Positions 1 to 8,428 are shown, numbered from the stretch's first letter. The stretch is DNA of 64,000 nucleotides from an uncultured Gemmatimonadaceae bacterium (GCA_964545395.1 CAZJFX010000007.1:13615-77614), one strand, 5' to 3'. Notes: a model not told the origin generated them from the sequence alone. Program-made: numbers and translations.

Positions 1-358
1 AGGCCCGGGCCTGCTCCTCGCCGATGCCTTCAGCCAGCGCCATCCGCTGGGAGATCTCCTTGTAGCGCGCCAGCTTCGCGTGGTTCTCGGGCGAGGTCAC
101 GATGGCCATGAGCTGGCGGCGCCCCTCGGCCGTCGTGCCGATATCCTGCACGACCAGCCTGGGGCTCTCGCGGTCCAGGATGCGCCAGTAGGCCTCGAAC
201 TTCGTGTAGTTGGGGAGTTGATAGTCCGCACCGATGGCGTGGCCGAAGAAGGCCTCGGGGGTGGTGAGATTCTGCGCTCGCACTGGAGTTGCGAGGGCGC
301 AGGCGGCGAAGACCACCACCGCCCACGCGCGGGCACGACGGGCATCACGTGGGAACAT
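1..358 (-). CDS. Secreted M14-like zinc carboxypeptidase family protein, N-terminal part (gene continues past left edge)
   Basis: Hand translation of the minus strand from the ATG at 356-358 gives MFPRDARRARAWAVVVFAACALATPVRAQNLTTPEAFFGHAIGADYQLPNYTKFEAYWRILDRESPRLVVQDIGTTAEGRRQLMAIVTSPENHAKLARYKEI... This is a signal peptide followed by an N-terminal region typical of M14 peptidases. It is absent from the ORF track because there is no stop inside the window. Confidence 0.5.
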   Translation of the reverse strand, partial: MFPRDARRARAWAVVVFAACALATPVRAQNLTTPEAFFGHAIGADYQLPNYTKFEAYWRILDRESPRLVVQDIGTTAEGRRQLMAIVTSPENHAKLARYKEISQRMALAEGIGEEQARA

Positions 359-445
359 GAGGACCTCGGCGTTGGGGCCGGGACTGCGGTGCCACGAAAA
401 GGCGTTGCCCTCAGGGTGCGCTACGCCGGGCACAGGCGCAAGCGT

Positions 446-482
446 AGATCAGATCCCAATAGATCAGATCTCAGATCAGATC
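446..482. repeat. Three perfect 10-bp direct repeats AGATCAGATC (446-455, 461-470, 473-482)
   Basis: Read directly from the sequence. Seven GATC sites lie between 447 and 491. The array overlaps the stop codon (476-478) of the lipoprotein gene and sits upstream of the M14-like gene start at 358. Confidence 0.9.
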
Positions 483-1360
483 CCGTCGATCTGGCACCGC
501 ATGAAGGAGAGGGAGCCGGGCGCGCCGGCGGGCCCGCCTTCGGAGGCCAGCACCACCGAGCCGTCGAGGCCGATTCCTACGCCTTCTCCCTGACTCTCAC
601 GGAGCGGGCGGAGGTTGACGAGGCCGCCCTCCACCGGCACGAGGGTGTCGGCGGCGACCCGGTAGAACTGGAGGGCTTCATAGGTGCGCAGGGCGACCAG
701 GCCGCCACGGGGTGAGACGGCCCCGCCCGTGACCTGTCGAGGGAGAATGCGCGGGCCGTCGGAGAGTCGCTGCACTTCTTCGAGCGTCACCGTGTCCGGC
801 CGGAGGGGTCCCGGGTAGCGGTAGACCGTGACGGGGTGGTTCCGCCCCTTGGTGACGGCGAGGACGCGCTCCCCCGGAAGGACCAGGAACGCCTCGATAT
901 CTCGTGCGCCGTCGGGGAGGCGCACCGGGAAGACCTCCGCACGAAGGATGTCGGGCGCAGACGGGTTGGGCTCGGGGACCCGGAGGATCTCTCCGGACGT
1001 CCGTTCCTCGTAGTTGTCCCCCAGGTCGGCCAGGTACAGACACGACCCGCCCTGAGAGCATCCGGCGACGGCAATGTCTTCCCAATCGCGGAGGCGGGGG
1101 CGGATGGGGAATCGGGCCACCACGGCTCCCGCGCCGTCCACGGCGAAGAGCACGGATCCCGCGTCGTTGTGCGTCCAGTAGATGCCGGGATGGCGCAGGC
1201 TCACGGCGACACCCGACGCTTCCTGGATGTCATCGTCCAGGCGCACCGCGGTGAGGGACGGCTCGCACCCTGGGCCTCCGCCTGTGGAAACGGGACCGCA
1301 GGCTACCGCCAGGAGCATGGCCACGGCGGCGCCGGGTCGGAGGATGGGTGGAAGGGTCAC
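476..1360 (-). CDS. Hypothetical secreted lipoprotein, beta-propeller-like
   Basis: This is the C-terminal part of ORF 476..1480. It has a lipoprotein-type signal, VTLPPILRPGAAVAMLLAVACGP, and motifs IYWTHNDAG, DWEDIAV and CLYLADLGDN reminiscent of phytase-like/SdiA-regulated propellers. The start is uncertain: GTG at 1360 or ATG at 1318. Confidence 0.55.
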   Translation of the reverse strand: MTLPPILRPGAAVAMLLAVACGPVSTGGGPGCEPSLTAVRLDDDIQEASGVAVSLRHPGIYWTHNDAGSVLFAVDGAGAVVARFPIRPRLRDWEDIAVAGCSQGGSCLYLADLGDNYEERTSGEILRVPEPNPSAPDILRAEVFPVRLPDGARDIEAFLVLPGERVLAVTKGRNHPVTVYRYPGPLRPDTVTLEEVQRLSDGPRILPRQVTGGAVSPRGGLVALRTYEALQFYRVAADTLVPVEGGLVNLRPLRESQGEGVGIGLDGSVVLASEGGPAGAPGSLSFMRCQIDGI

Positions 1361-1376
1361 GGGTTCAACGGTCGCG

Positions 1377-2096
1377 TCAGGGTGTCCCACCCGGCATCGT
1401 GGCTTCGTTGTAGACCAGGGTGAGGATCTGGACGAAGGCGTCGGTGGGGAGCGCGCCCTGGATCGGGGGATACCCCACAACGAAGAACGTGGGGCTTCCG
1501 CGCACCCCGATGTCCCGGGCGAGCGAGGTCGCTCCCTCTACCCGCTCTGTCCGGCGGCCCTCGGACAGGCACGAGTCGTAGCGCGGGAGCTCGGCGCCGC
1601 TCTGGGTCGCCAGGCCGCGGAAGACCGAGGCCGGATCGGCAGACCTCTTCCACTCGCCCTGGTGCCGCCAGATGAGGCTGTTCATGGAGTGGAAGAGCGT
1701 GTCACCCTGCTCCAGCACGCACTCCGCCGCGGTGGAGGCGGCCGTGGTGTTTCCGAACATGCCGCTCACGAAGGGGAGGAACTTCCACTCGACCTTTCCC
1801 GTGTCCACGAAGTCCCGGAGCACCACGGGCCAGGTCTCCTCGTGGAACTTGCGGCAGTACCCGCACCCGTAATCCGAGAACTCCACGATGCGCACCGGGG
1901 CATTTTCGACACCCCGGTTCATGCCCAGTTGGGAGAGGTCCAGCGTCTGGGGCTCGGGCTCGGCGGCGACGCTGGCGGCTGCCAGGAGCTCGCGGGTGGC
2001 TCCCTCGGTCCCTTCCGCGCCCCGGGCCGGGACGTCGGCGCACGCGGCCGTGCCCACCAAGGCGGCGACGACCGCCGGCACAACGTGTGCCCTCAT
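1377..2096 (-). CDS. DsbA-family thiol:disulfide oxidoreductase (thioredoxin fold, CGYC active site)
   Basis: The true gene is the C-terminal 239 aa of ORF 1377..3023, starting MRAHVVPAVVAALVGTAACAD (lipoprotein signal). It carries the motif FSDYGCGYCRKFH. Its ATG (2094-2096) overlaps the ccdA stop (2093-2095) as ATGA. Confidence 0.8.
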   Translation of the reverse strand: MRAHVVPAVVAALVGTAACADVPARGAEGTEGATRELLAAASVAAEPEPQTLDLSQLGMNRGVENAPVRIVEFSDYGCGYCRKFHEETWPVVLRDFVDTGKVEWKFLPFVSGMFGNTTAASTAAECVLEQGDTLFHSMNSLIWRHQGEWKRSADPASVFRGLATQSGAELPRYDSCLSEGRRTERVEGATSLARDIGVRGSPTFFVVGYPPIQGALPTDAFVQILTLVYNEATMPGGTP

Positions 2097-2830
2097 GGCA
2101 TCTCCAGGTTCACGAACTGTCCCATTCCGGCCAGCGCTCCCGCCAGCGCGGCGTAGCTCCCGGTGATCATCATCAGTCCGACGAGCGCCAGCACCACGCC
2201 CGCCAGGCGACCCAGTGGGACCATCCATCCACGGACACGGTGCACGCTGGCGAGAAACCCGTTGAACATGGCGGAAGCGGCCACGAAGGGAACCCCCAGC
2301 CCCACCGCGTACGTGGCCAGGAGCGCCGTGCCCTCGCCGCGGGTGGCTTCCATGCCGGCGTACAGGAGGATGGAGGCGAGCACCGGCCCGATGCACGGAG
2401 TCCACCCGGCGCCGAAGGCCACCCCTACGAGGAAGGAGCCGGTCCAGCCTGAAGGCCTGGACGCGAGGTGGAGGCGGAACTCTCGGGAGAGGCCGGGCAC
2501 GCGGAGGAGCCCAGCCAAGTAGAGACCGAACACGATGAGGACGATGCCGCCGGCGCGGTTCAGCCAGGGGAGGAGTTGGGCGAAGGCACGCCCTGCGGAG
2601 GTGGCGGCCCAGCCCAACGTCATGAAGACGGCGGTGAAGCCGGCGACGAAGAGCACCGAGTGGAGGACGGCGCTCCGGCGGGCGGAGTGTGAGTTCCCGT
2701 CCTTGAGCTCCTCCAGGGTCAGGCCGGAGACGAACGCCACGTAGCTCGGCACGACAGGGAGCACGCACGGAGACAGGAACGAGATCAGGCCGGCGGCGAA
2801 GGCCAGCGGGAAGGAGACGGTGACGTCCAT
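2093..2830 (-). CDS. ccdA: Cytochrome c biogenesis / thiol-disulfide transporter CcdA (DsbD family)
   Basis: The 245-aa polytopic protein carries MDVTVSFPLAFAAGLISFLSPCVLPVVPSYVAF and ...GWTPCIGPVLASIL, the two conserved Cys motifs of CcdA. Confidence 0.85.
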   Translation of the reverse strand: MDVTVSFPLAFAAGLISFLSPCVLPVVPSYVAFVSGLTLEELKDGNSHSARRSAVLHSVLFVAGFTAVFMTLGWAATSAGRAFAQLLPWLNRAGGIVLIVFGLYLAGLLRVPGLSREFRLHLASRPSGWTGSFLVGVAFGAGWTPCIGPVLASILLYAGMEATRGEGTALLATYAVGLGVPFVAASAMFNGFLASVHRVRGWMVPLGRLAGVVLALVGLMMITGSYAALAGALAGMGQFVNLEMP

Positions 2831-2859
2831 GGCTGCGGTGGCTGAGCCTGCGGGCTACC

Positions 2860-3714
2860 TCAGAGGGTGAAGTCGGTGAGGAGGCGCTTCTCCTCCTCGC
2901 CCAGCCTCGCCCGGATCTCCATGTGGCGCTCCAGACCGCTTCCCTTGAGCTTCTCCCGGAGCAATTGGTCAAGCTGGAAGAGACCCGCCGAGTTGGACAG
3001 GTCCACCGTGACTCGTATGGCACATTCCGACCCCCGCTCCAGCCGCACTCCTTCGATAGCCGCTGCGGACACCGAGTGGATGGAGAGGGATCCGGCGGCG
3101 AAGGAGATGCGCGACCTCCCTTTGGCCATGTCGAGAGCGTCGGCGATCCGCACCACGCCTGCCTCCAGCGTCATGGGTCTCCCCCCGGAGCGGTGGGAGA
3201 TGATGGCGTGGAGGACCTCGGAGCGGATGAGGGTGGAGCGACGCTCGTCGTAGAGCCTGGGGAGGATCCGGCGGAGCTTGTCCTGGGCCACGAAGAGGGA
3301 GAAGGCCTCGTGGTCCACACGGTGGATGGACATCCCCACGTCGTGGAGGAGAGCGGCCAGGGCCACCACCACCTCCGCGTCTTCGGGCTCCATCGCGTAG
3401 TCGTGCACCACCGAGGGCTGGACACCGGCCTCCATGAGGAGCCTGAGCATCCTCACCGCCAGGTTCATGACGATCTTGACGTGAACCGGCCCGTGATCCG
3501 TCATGTCGAGCCGTTCCATGGCATTGACGTTCGCGGCCAGCCAAAGGCAGTAGAGGTCGTCGTCGGTGTTCACGTCCTCCATGAGCTGCCGGAGCTTGGC
3601 ATTGTGCCGGTCGGGGACCGTCATCACGACGCGCCGCTCGAAACGGTCGTCCACGCCGCGGCCCGGTTCCTCCTCCTGCCGAGGGACTTCGGGCTCGTAG
3701 GGTAGATCGGTCAT
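2860..3714 (-). CDS. HD-domain metal-dependent phosphohydrolase
   Basis: The internal ATG at 3712-3714 gives MTDLPYEPEV... The HD motif is ALAALLHDVGMSIHRVDHE. The upstream part of ORF 2860..3891 is Arg/Ser/Gly-rich and unlikely to be coding. Confidence 0.7.
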   Translation of the reverse strand: MTDLPYEPEVPRQEEEPGRGVDDRFERRVVMTVPDRHNAKLRQLMEDVNTDDDLYCLWLAANVNAMERLDMTDHGPVHVKIVMNLAVRMLRLLMEAGVQPSVVHDYAMEPEDAEVVVALAALLHDVGMSIHRVDHEAFSLFVAQDKLRRILPRLYDERRSTLIRSEVLHAIISHRSGGRPMTLEAGVVRIADALDMAKGRSRISFAAGSLSIHSVSAAAIEGVRLERGSECAIRVTVDLSNSAGLFQLDQLLREKLKGSGLERHMEIRARLGEEEKRLLTDFTL

Positions 3715-3739
3715 GGTGCGCTTCCTCGCAGGTGCATGC

Positions 3740-4921
3740 TCAGAGGGTCTTCTCCCAGTCGACGACCTTTTCGGCCCCGTCCACCACGACCACCGTCCCG
3801 ACGATCCGGTCGTGTATGGCCTGGCGGTTCGAGTCCCAGAAGACCTGGGCGAAGCCCAGAAGCCCGGTGGCGAGCCCTGCAGCGTATCCACCGGCCCGCT
3901 CGAAGGCGGTCCACCACGTGATGGGCTCTCCGTCCAACCGCAGGACCCGGACCTTGAGGAGGCGCTTCCCGATGGTCTGACCCTTCCACCACGAGAGCAT
4001 GACCGTCAGGTAGAGCGATGCCCATCCGAAGCCGAAGCCGAGCTCGTCGAGAATGCCCCGGAATGCCGTGAGGAGGGCGCCTCCCTCCTGCTCCTGGCGA
4101 AGCTCCTCGCCCAGCCGCTCCAGAGCCAGCCGCTGGGTTTCGGCGGAGGTGGTGAGGCTCGCCACCCGGGCCTGCATCTTCCTCAGGCTGTCGGCGACCA
4201 GGGTATCCGCGAACGGCGCAGCCGCACGATCGGCCTCCGCCAGGTCCGCCGTGTCCCGCACGAGGGTGCCGTCGCCCCGAGCCGCCAGGATGGCCTCATC
4301 GGTGATGGCGTCGGCATCCGGGCTCCAAGCGGCATCGTCGGGGAGCAGATCGGCGAGGACCTCGCGCACCTGCTCTTCGGTGAGCCCGGCCCCGAGGCCA
4401 CGACGGGCCAGGTCCGTCGCGGCGGAGAGCGCGTCCTCACGGGTCGCCGCCCGGTCGATGCGGCGGGCGTCGCCGACGCCCTCGATGAGGGTCCTCAGGC
4501 CAGCCACGCCCGAGAGCGAGGCCTCCGGGGCGTCGAAGCGGTCAGGCGACTCGCCGGCGTCGGTCGTATCGCTGCCCAGCTTCCCCGCTACCGCCAGCCC
4601 GGCGACGATGGTGAGGATGCCGATCCAGGCGCCGAGGCAGCCCACGCTGAGGCGCATGGCGCGTCCGAAGACGCTTCCCCGCACCGGAGTGCGCTTGAAG
4701 CCCTCCCGGATGAAGAACCCCGCCGCGGCAACGCCGAGGACGAGGGCGACGTTCCTCGTGAGCAGGGTGATGACACCGACCACGGCCAGGTCGATGAGGA
4801 GCGCGGCGAGGCGTCGCCCCGGCGTGGCCAGTGGGAGGCCGAGGAGCGCGGGAGCGACCTCGAACGCATCGGGCGTGATGATGCTTCTCGGATCCCTCTG
4901 GGGAGCAACGTGGATCGGCAT
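3740..4921 (-). CDS. RDD-family membrane protein
   Basis: Starts MPIHVAPQRD (ATG at 4919-4921). It has an N-terminal RDD-like TM region (RRLAALLIDLAVVGVITLL). The C-terminal RDD domain reads YLTVMLSWWKGQTIGKRLLKVRVLRLDGEPITWW...QAIHDRIVGTVVV. Confidence 0.65.
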   Translation of the reverse strand: MPIHVAPQRDPRSIITPDAFEVAPALLGLPLATPGRRLAALLIDLAVVGVITLLTRNVALVLGVAAAGFFIREGFKRTPVRGSVFGRAMRLSVGCLGAWIGILTIVAGLAVAGKLGSDTTDAGESPDRFDAPEASLSGVAGLRTLIEGVGDARRIDRAATREDALSAATDLARRGLGAGLTEEQVREVLADLLPDDAAWSPDADAITDEAILAARGDGTLVRDTADLAEADRAAAPFADTLVADSLRKMQARVASLTTSAETQRLALERLGEELRQEQEGGALLTAFRGILDELGFGFGWASLYLTVMLSWWKGQTIGKRLLKVRVLRLDGEPITWWTAFERAGGYAAGLATGLLGFAQVFWDSNRQAIHDRIVGTVVVVDGAEKVVDWEKTL

Positions 4922-4938
4922 GTCCCGGTTGGAACGGA

Positions 4939-5358
4939 CTACGTCCTCCGGCGCTGCGCCCAGAGCACCAGGGCCAGGCCGGCGGCCGCTCCCAGGAGGA
5001 CGCCGCCGAGCAGCACGCGCTGGCGCGCGGTGGAGAGGTGGATGGGTGGCATCACGATCTCTTCGTCGTCGAGCTCGCCGGCCTCGGCGCCGGTGAGGTC
5101 CGCTTCCATCTCCTCGCCCGCCCAGCCGCAGGACGCGCACGCCACGAGCCCGCGCTCCTTGGCCGTGCGGTTGGGATAGGAAACCTCCTCACCGCACATG
5201 GGGCACGCGAGGCCCGAGGGTCGCGGCCGGATGATGCCGTAGAGCACGCCCTTGGAGAGGTTCAGCTCGCCGGCGATCTGGTTGACGCTCCAGTCCGATC
5301 CCCAGTAGAGCTCGTTGGCCTTGCGTTCGGTTTCCTGGTCGGCGGCGGCGCCGGACAT
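4939..5358 (-). CDS. Hypothetical tail-anchored protein with HTH-like segment and CxxC...CxxC zinc ribbon
   Basis: The 139-aa protein reads MSGAAADQETERKANELYWGSDWSVNQIAGELNLSKGVLYGII...CPMCGEEV...CASCGW...LLGGVLLGAAAGLALVLWAQRRRT. The ATG is at 5356-5358. The rest of ORF 4939..5805 is unlikely to be coding. Confidence 0.5.
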   Translation of the reverse strand: MSGAAADQETERKANELYWGSDWSVNQIAGELNLSKGVLYGIIRPRPSGLACPMCGEEVSYPNRTAKERGLVACASCGWAGEEMEADLTGAEAGELDDEEIVMPPIHLSTARQRVLLGGVLLGAAAGLALVLWAQRRRT

Positions 5359-5440
5359 GAATCCCCCCTTCCCTTGACCCTCATTTGGACCTTGAACAAC
5401 ATAGCTTGGCCGCACCCGTCCCGCACAGGCGAAGTGGTCC

Positions 5441-6124
5441 GTGCGGACGGGCTTTTTCGTTCGTGAGGAGGAACCGCGGGCCTTGAAGATCCCCGTTTCC
5501 CACGGCTGGCTCGAGGCCGTCATGAGGGAGCCCATGGAGGCGCCCCGCGGCGCTGCGGTGGTGTGCCATCCCCACCCCCTCCACGGGGGGACCATGCACA
5601 CGAAGGCCGTGTACCGCGCGGCCCAGGGCTTCAACGACGCCGGGCTGGTGGCGCTGCGCTTCAACTTCCGTGGCGTCGGGGTCAGCACGGGGAGCCATGA
5701 CGACGGACACGGAGAGAGAGATGATCTGCGCGCGGCGCTGGATTGGCTCGAAGCCCGGTACCCGGCGCTCCCCCTGGTCGTCGGGGGTTTCTCCTTCGGA
5801 TCCATGGTAGGCCTGGGCGTGGGGACGGAGGATCCGCGCGTCGTGGCGCTCCTGGGGCTCGGGCTCCCGTTGGGGAGGGCGGAGTACGACTATTCCTACC
5901 TGGCACGCGCGGACAAGCCGGTCCTCGTCATCCAGGGCGAGGACGACCACTTCGGCTCGGGCGCGGCCGCAGCCGAGGTGCTTCGCCCCATGGGACCTCA
6001 TATCACGCTGGTGCGCATCTCGGGGGCTGATCACTTCTTCGTGGGCCGATTGGGTGAGCTGCGGGAGACCGTCGCGGGTTACTTTCACACCGGCCCCGGC
6101 GCGCGCGTGCTGGCGGCCCTCTAG
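5441..6124 (+). CDS. Alpha/beta hydrolase (COG2945-like)
   Basis: The 227-aa protein carries VVCHPHPLHGGTMHTKAV and the nucleophile-elbow region VVGGFSFGSMVG. Confidence 0.7.
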   Translation: MRTGFFVREEEPRALKIPVSHGWLEAVMREPMEAPRGAAVVCHPHPLHGGTMHTKAVYRAAQGFNDAGLVALRFNFRGVGVSTGSHDDGHGERDDLRAALDWLEARYPALPLVVGGFSFGSMVGLGVGTEDPRVVALLGLGLPLGRAEYDYSYLARADKPVLVIQGEDDHFGSGAAAAEVLRPMGPHITLVRISGADHFFVGRLGELRETVAGYFHTGPGARVLAAL

Positions 6125-6135
6125 GGAGACGGACC

Positions 6136-6381
6136 ATGCGCGAGCGCGACCGAGTGATCCAGAGCCTGGAAGGGGCCTTCCGGGAGGCGTTCCGCGCTGC
6201 TCAGGAGCGGGACGACAAGGAGGAGATGGCGAGGTTGGATCTCGAGTTCCAGCGTGACCAGATCCATCTGGAGGTGCTCCTGGACATCCGGGACCTCCTG
6301 TCCGCCCCGAGCCAGGGAGAGAAGGCCTCCTCGCTGCTGGAGAAGGCGCAGGCGCTGCGGCAACTGACCAGGCTACGGTGA
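6136..6381 (+). CDS. Small hypothetical coiled-coil protein
   Basis: The 81-aa ORF is charged and helical in character. It lies tightly between flanking same-strand genes, and its stop overlaps the next ORF. Confidence 0.4.
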   Translation: MRERDRVIQSLEGAFREAFRAAQERDDKEEMARLDLEFQRDQIHLEVLLDIRDLLSAPSQGEKASSLLEKAQALRQLTRLR

Positions 6382-6383
6382 CC

Positions 6384-6941
6384 ATGAAGATCTACACGCG
6401 GACCGGCGATGCCGGCGACACCGCGCTCTTCGGTGGGGGGCGCGTCCCCAAGGACCACCACCGGGTATCCGCCTACGGGACGGTAGACGAGCTGAACGCC
6501 AGCGTGGGCATGGCGGTGGCCGAGGTGGCAGACGCAGAGATCCGGGAGCGCCTGGGGCGCATCCAGCACGACCTGTTCGCGGTCGGTGCGCTCCTGGCGG
6601 CGTTCCCTCCCCAGGAGGACAGGCCCCGGCCGAAGGGACTTCCCGAGCTCCCCAGGGAGCGGGTGGCTGAGATGGAGGCCTGGATGGATGCCGCCGACGG
6701 CGAGCTCGACCCGCTGCGGGCCTTCATCCTTCCCGGCGGGTCGCCGGGGGCCGCCGCCCTCCACCTGGCGCGGACCGTCTGCCGGCGGGCCGAGAGAGCC
6801 GTGGTGCACCTCGCCGCGCTGGAACAGGTGGAAGACGGCATCGTGATGTACCTGAACCGGCTCTCGGATCTGCTCTTCACGTTCGCCCGTCTGGAGAACC
6901 ACCGTGCCGGGACCCGGGACGTGGAGTGGCGGAAGGTGTGA
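6384..6941 (+). CDS. PduO-type ATP:cob(I)alamin adenosyltransferase
   Basis: The N-terminus MKIYTRTGDAGDTALFGGGRVPKDHHRVSAYGTVDELNASVG is the family signature. The track ORF starts 6 nt earlier at a GTG (6378). Confidence 0.9.
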   Translation: MKIYTRTGDAGDTALFGGGRVPKDHHRVSAYGTVDELNASVGMAVAEVADAEIRERLGRIQHDLFAVGALLAAFPPQEDRPRPKGLPELPRERVAEMEAWMDAADGELDPLRAFILPGGSPGAAALHLARTVCRRAERAVVHLAALEQVEDGIVMYLNRLSDLLFTFARLENHRAGTRDVEWRKV

Positions 6942-7768
6942 TCCGGATCCCGTTTACCCGTGAGCCGCGGCCGGGCGACACTCTCCGGGGGGACATCCGC
7001 ATTCCCGACGGGCCGCCGCCGCGCGCCGCGGTGGTGCTGGCCCACGGCTTCAAGGGTTTCAAGGACTGGGGCTTCTTTCCGTGGGCGGCCGAGCAGCTCG
7101 TGGGCGCGGGCTACGCCGTCGTGACGTTCAACTTCTCACGCAACGGGATCGGGGTCGATCCGGAGCGCTTCGTCGACCTCGCCCGATTCGAGTCGAACAC
7201 GCTTTCCCTGGAGCAAGAGGAGCTCCGCGGCGTGCTCTCGGAGGTGCTGGACGGTGACCTCCTGCCGCGCAGGCCGAGGCGCGCGGCGCTCGTCGGCCAC
7301 AGCCGGGGGGGAGGACACGCGGTACTGGCGGCGGTCGCGGAGCCGAGGGTCGGAGCGCTCGTGACGTGGGCGGCGGTGGCCCGTTTCGATCGGTGGTCGG
7401 AGGAAACGAAGGCTCTGTGGCGTGCCGAGGGACGGATCTGGGTGCTGAACCAGCGCACCGGGGAGCAGATGCCCGTGGGGCTGGGGTTCCTGGAAGACTT
7501 CGAGGCGCGCCGGAGGGATCTGGACGTGAGAGCCGGGGCGTTGCGGGTCGCAGCACCCTGGCTGATCGTCCACGGCACCGCGGACCTCACGGTGGGGCCC
7601 GGCGACGCGGAGACACTCGCGCGGGCGAATCCGAGAGCCAGGCTCCATCGCGTCGAGGGGGCCGGACATACCTTTGAGGTGGGACACCCCTTCGGGGGGG
7701 CCTCACCGGAATTGCGTGAAGCTATGGACCGGACGCTGGAGCACCTGCGCCGACATCTGGAGGCCTAG
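6926..7768 (+). CDS. Alpha/beta hydrolase
   Basis: The 280-aa protein carries VVLAHGFKGFKDWGF and the nucleophile motif LVGHSRGGG. The start is either 6926 or the GTG at 6938, which overlaps the upstream stop as GTGA. Confidence 0.7.
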   Translation: MAEGVIRIPFTREPRPGDTLRGDIRIPDGPPPRAAVVLAHGFKGFKDWGFFPWAAEQLVGAGYAVVTFNFSRNGIGVDPERFVDLARFESNTLSLEQEELRGVLSEVLDGDLLPRRPRRAALVGHSRGGGHAVLAAVAEPRVGALVTWAAVARFDRWSEETKALWRAEGRIWVLNQRTGEQMPVGLGFLEDFEARRRDLDVRAGALRVAAPWLIVHGTADLTVGPGDAETLARANPRARLHRVEGAGHTFEVGHPFGGASPELREAMDRTLEHLRRHLEA

Positions 7769-7770
7769 CC

Positions 7771-8358
7771 GTGGGAGGCGAGGATCGGGGAGCGGCCATG
7801 GCCGCCAGCGTAGTCCGGACCGCCCGATCACTGGGCGTTTCCACCGAGAGCATCCCGGTCGTGAGCAGCGCCCACGCTCTCGCGATGGAGCACAGGGCCG
7901 GCGCGCTGGGGGACGACCGTCACCCCGCGTTCCTGCACCCGGGGCGCTCGGTGTTGATCCTCCTGCGGGACGTGGGTTGCCGGGACCCGGTGATGCTGGC
8001 GGCTGTTGCCGTGGTGGAATCAGAGGACGCGGAGCTTCGGGTCCCGCCCGCTCTCGTCCGCAGTGTTCTGGGTGACGACGTGGCGGCCCTGGCGGAGGCC
8101 GTGCCCATGCCTGGCGCAGAGAGCCTGGCCTACGACCTTGTCACAGCCGAGGAGCGGGTGAGGCTCGTCGCCCTGGCGGAGCGTCTCGATCATCTGCGCC
8201 ACGGACACCTTCGAGACGCGGAGCGCGCGTGGCGCGCCGCCGCGCACCACCAGGCGGTCGCAGTGTATCTGCCTGTGGCCCATCGGACCCACCCGCGGCT
8301 GGCGCAGCGCTACGGACACTGGTGCCGCACGTTCGCCCGGAGGCTGGCCAGGGAGTAG
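7771..8358 (+). CDS. Hypothetical protein with degenerate SpoT/RelA-type HD-like segment
   Basis: HPAFLHPGRSVLILLRDVGCRDPVMLAAVAVVESEDAEL aligns by eye to the HP..VA.IL......D....AALLHD..ED pattern, but the HD dyad is replaced by ES. The start could also be the ATG at 7798. Confidence 0.45.
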   Translation: MGGEDRGAAMAASVVRTARSLGVSTESIPVVSSAHALAMEHRAGALGDDRHPAFLHPGRSVLILLRDVGCRDPVMLAAVAVVESEDAELRVPPALVRSVLGDDVAALAEAVPMPGAESLAYDLVTAEERVRLVALAERLDHLRHGHLRDAERAWRAAAHHQAVAVYLPVAHRTHPRLAQRYGHWCRTFARRLARE

Positions 8359-8428
8359 GGGTGCGCCGGGGTATGCACCGGGGTGTGCGCCGGGGTGTGT
8401 GCCGGGGTGTGTGCCGGGTGTGTCTTGC
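8358..8428 (+). repeat. Imperfect tandem repeat, about 5.5 copies of the 12-nt unit GGGGTGTGYGCC
   Basis: Units read directly: GGGGTGCGCC, GGGGTATGCACC, GGGGTGTGCGCC, GGGGTGTGTGCC, GGGGTGTGTGCC, GGGTGTGTCTTGC. The array begins at the stop codon of the 7771..8358 gene and ends about 75 nt upstream of the ferredoxin start. Confidence 0.9.

Noticed and set aside
1377-3023. 548-aa ORF suggesting a much longer DsbA-like protein.
   Set aside because: The N-terminal 300 residues overlap ccdA in another frame and are Arg/Pro-rich. A proper signal peptide and an ATGA-coupled start occur at 2096.
8358-8428. Possible CRISPR-like or coding tetrapeptide repeat (RRGV / PAHT in the track ORFs).
   Set aside because: A 12-nt period with no spacers is not a CRISPR. 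The ORFs containing it (8229..8450 +, 8310..8729 -) have no start context and overlap real genes. I treat it as a non-coding minisatellite.
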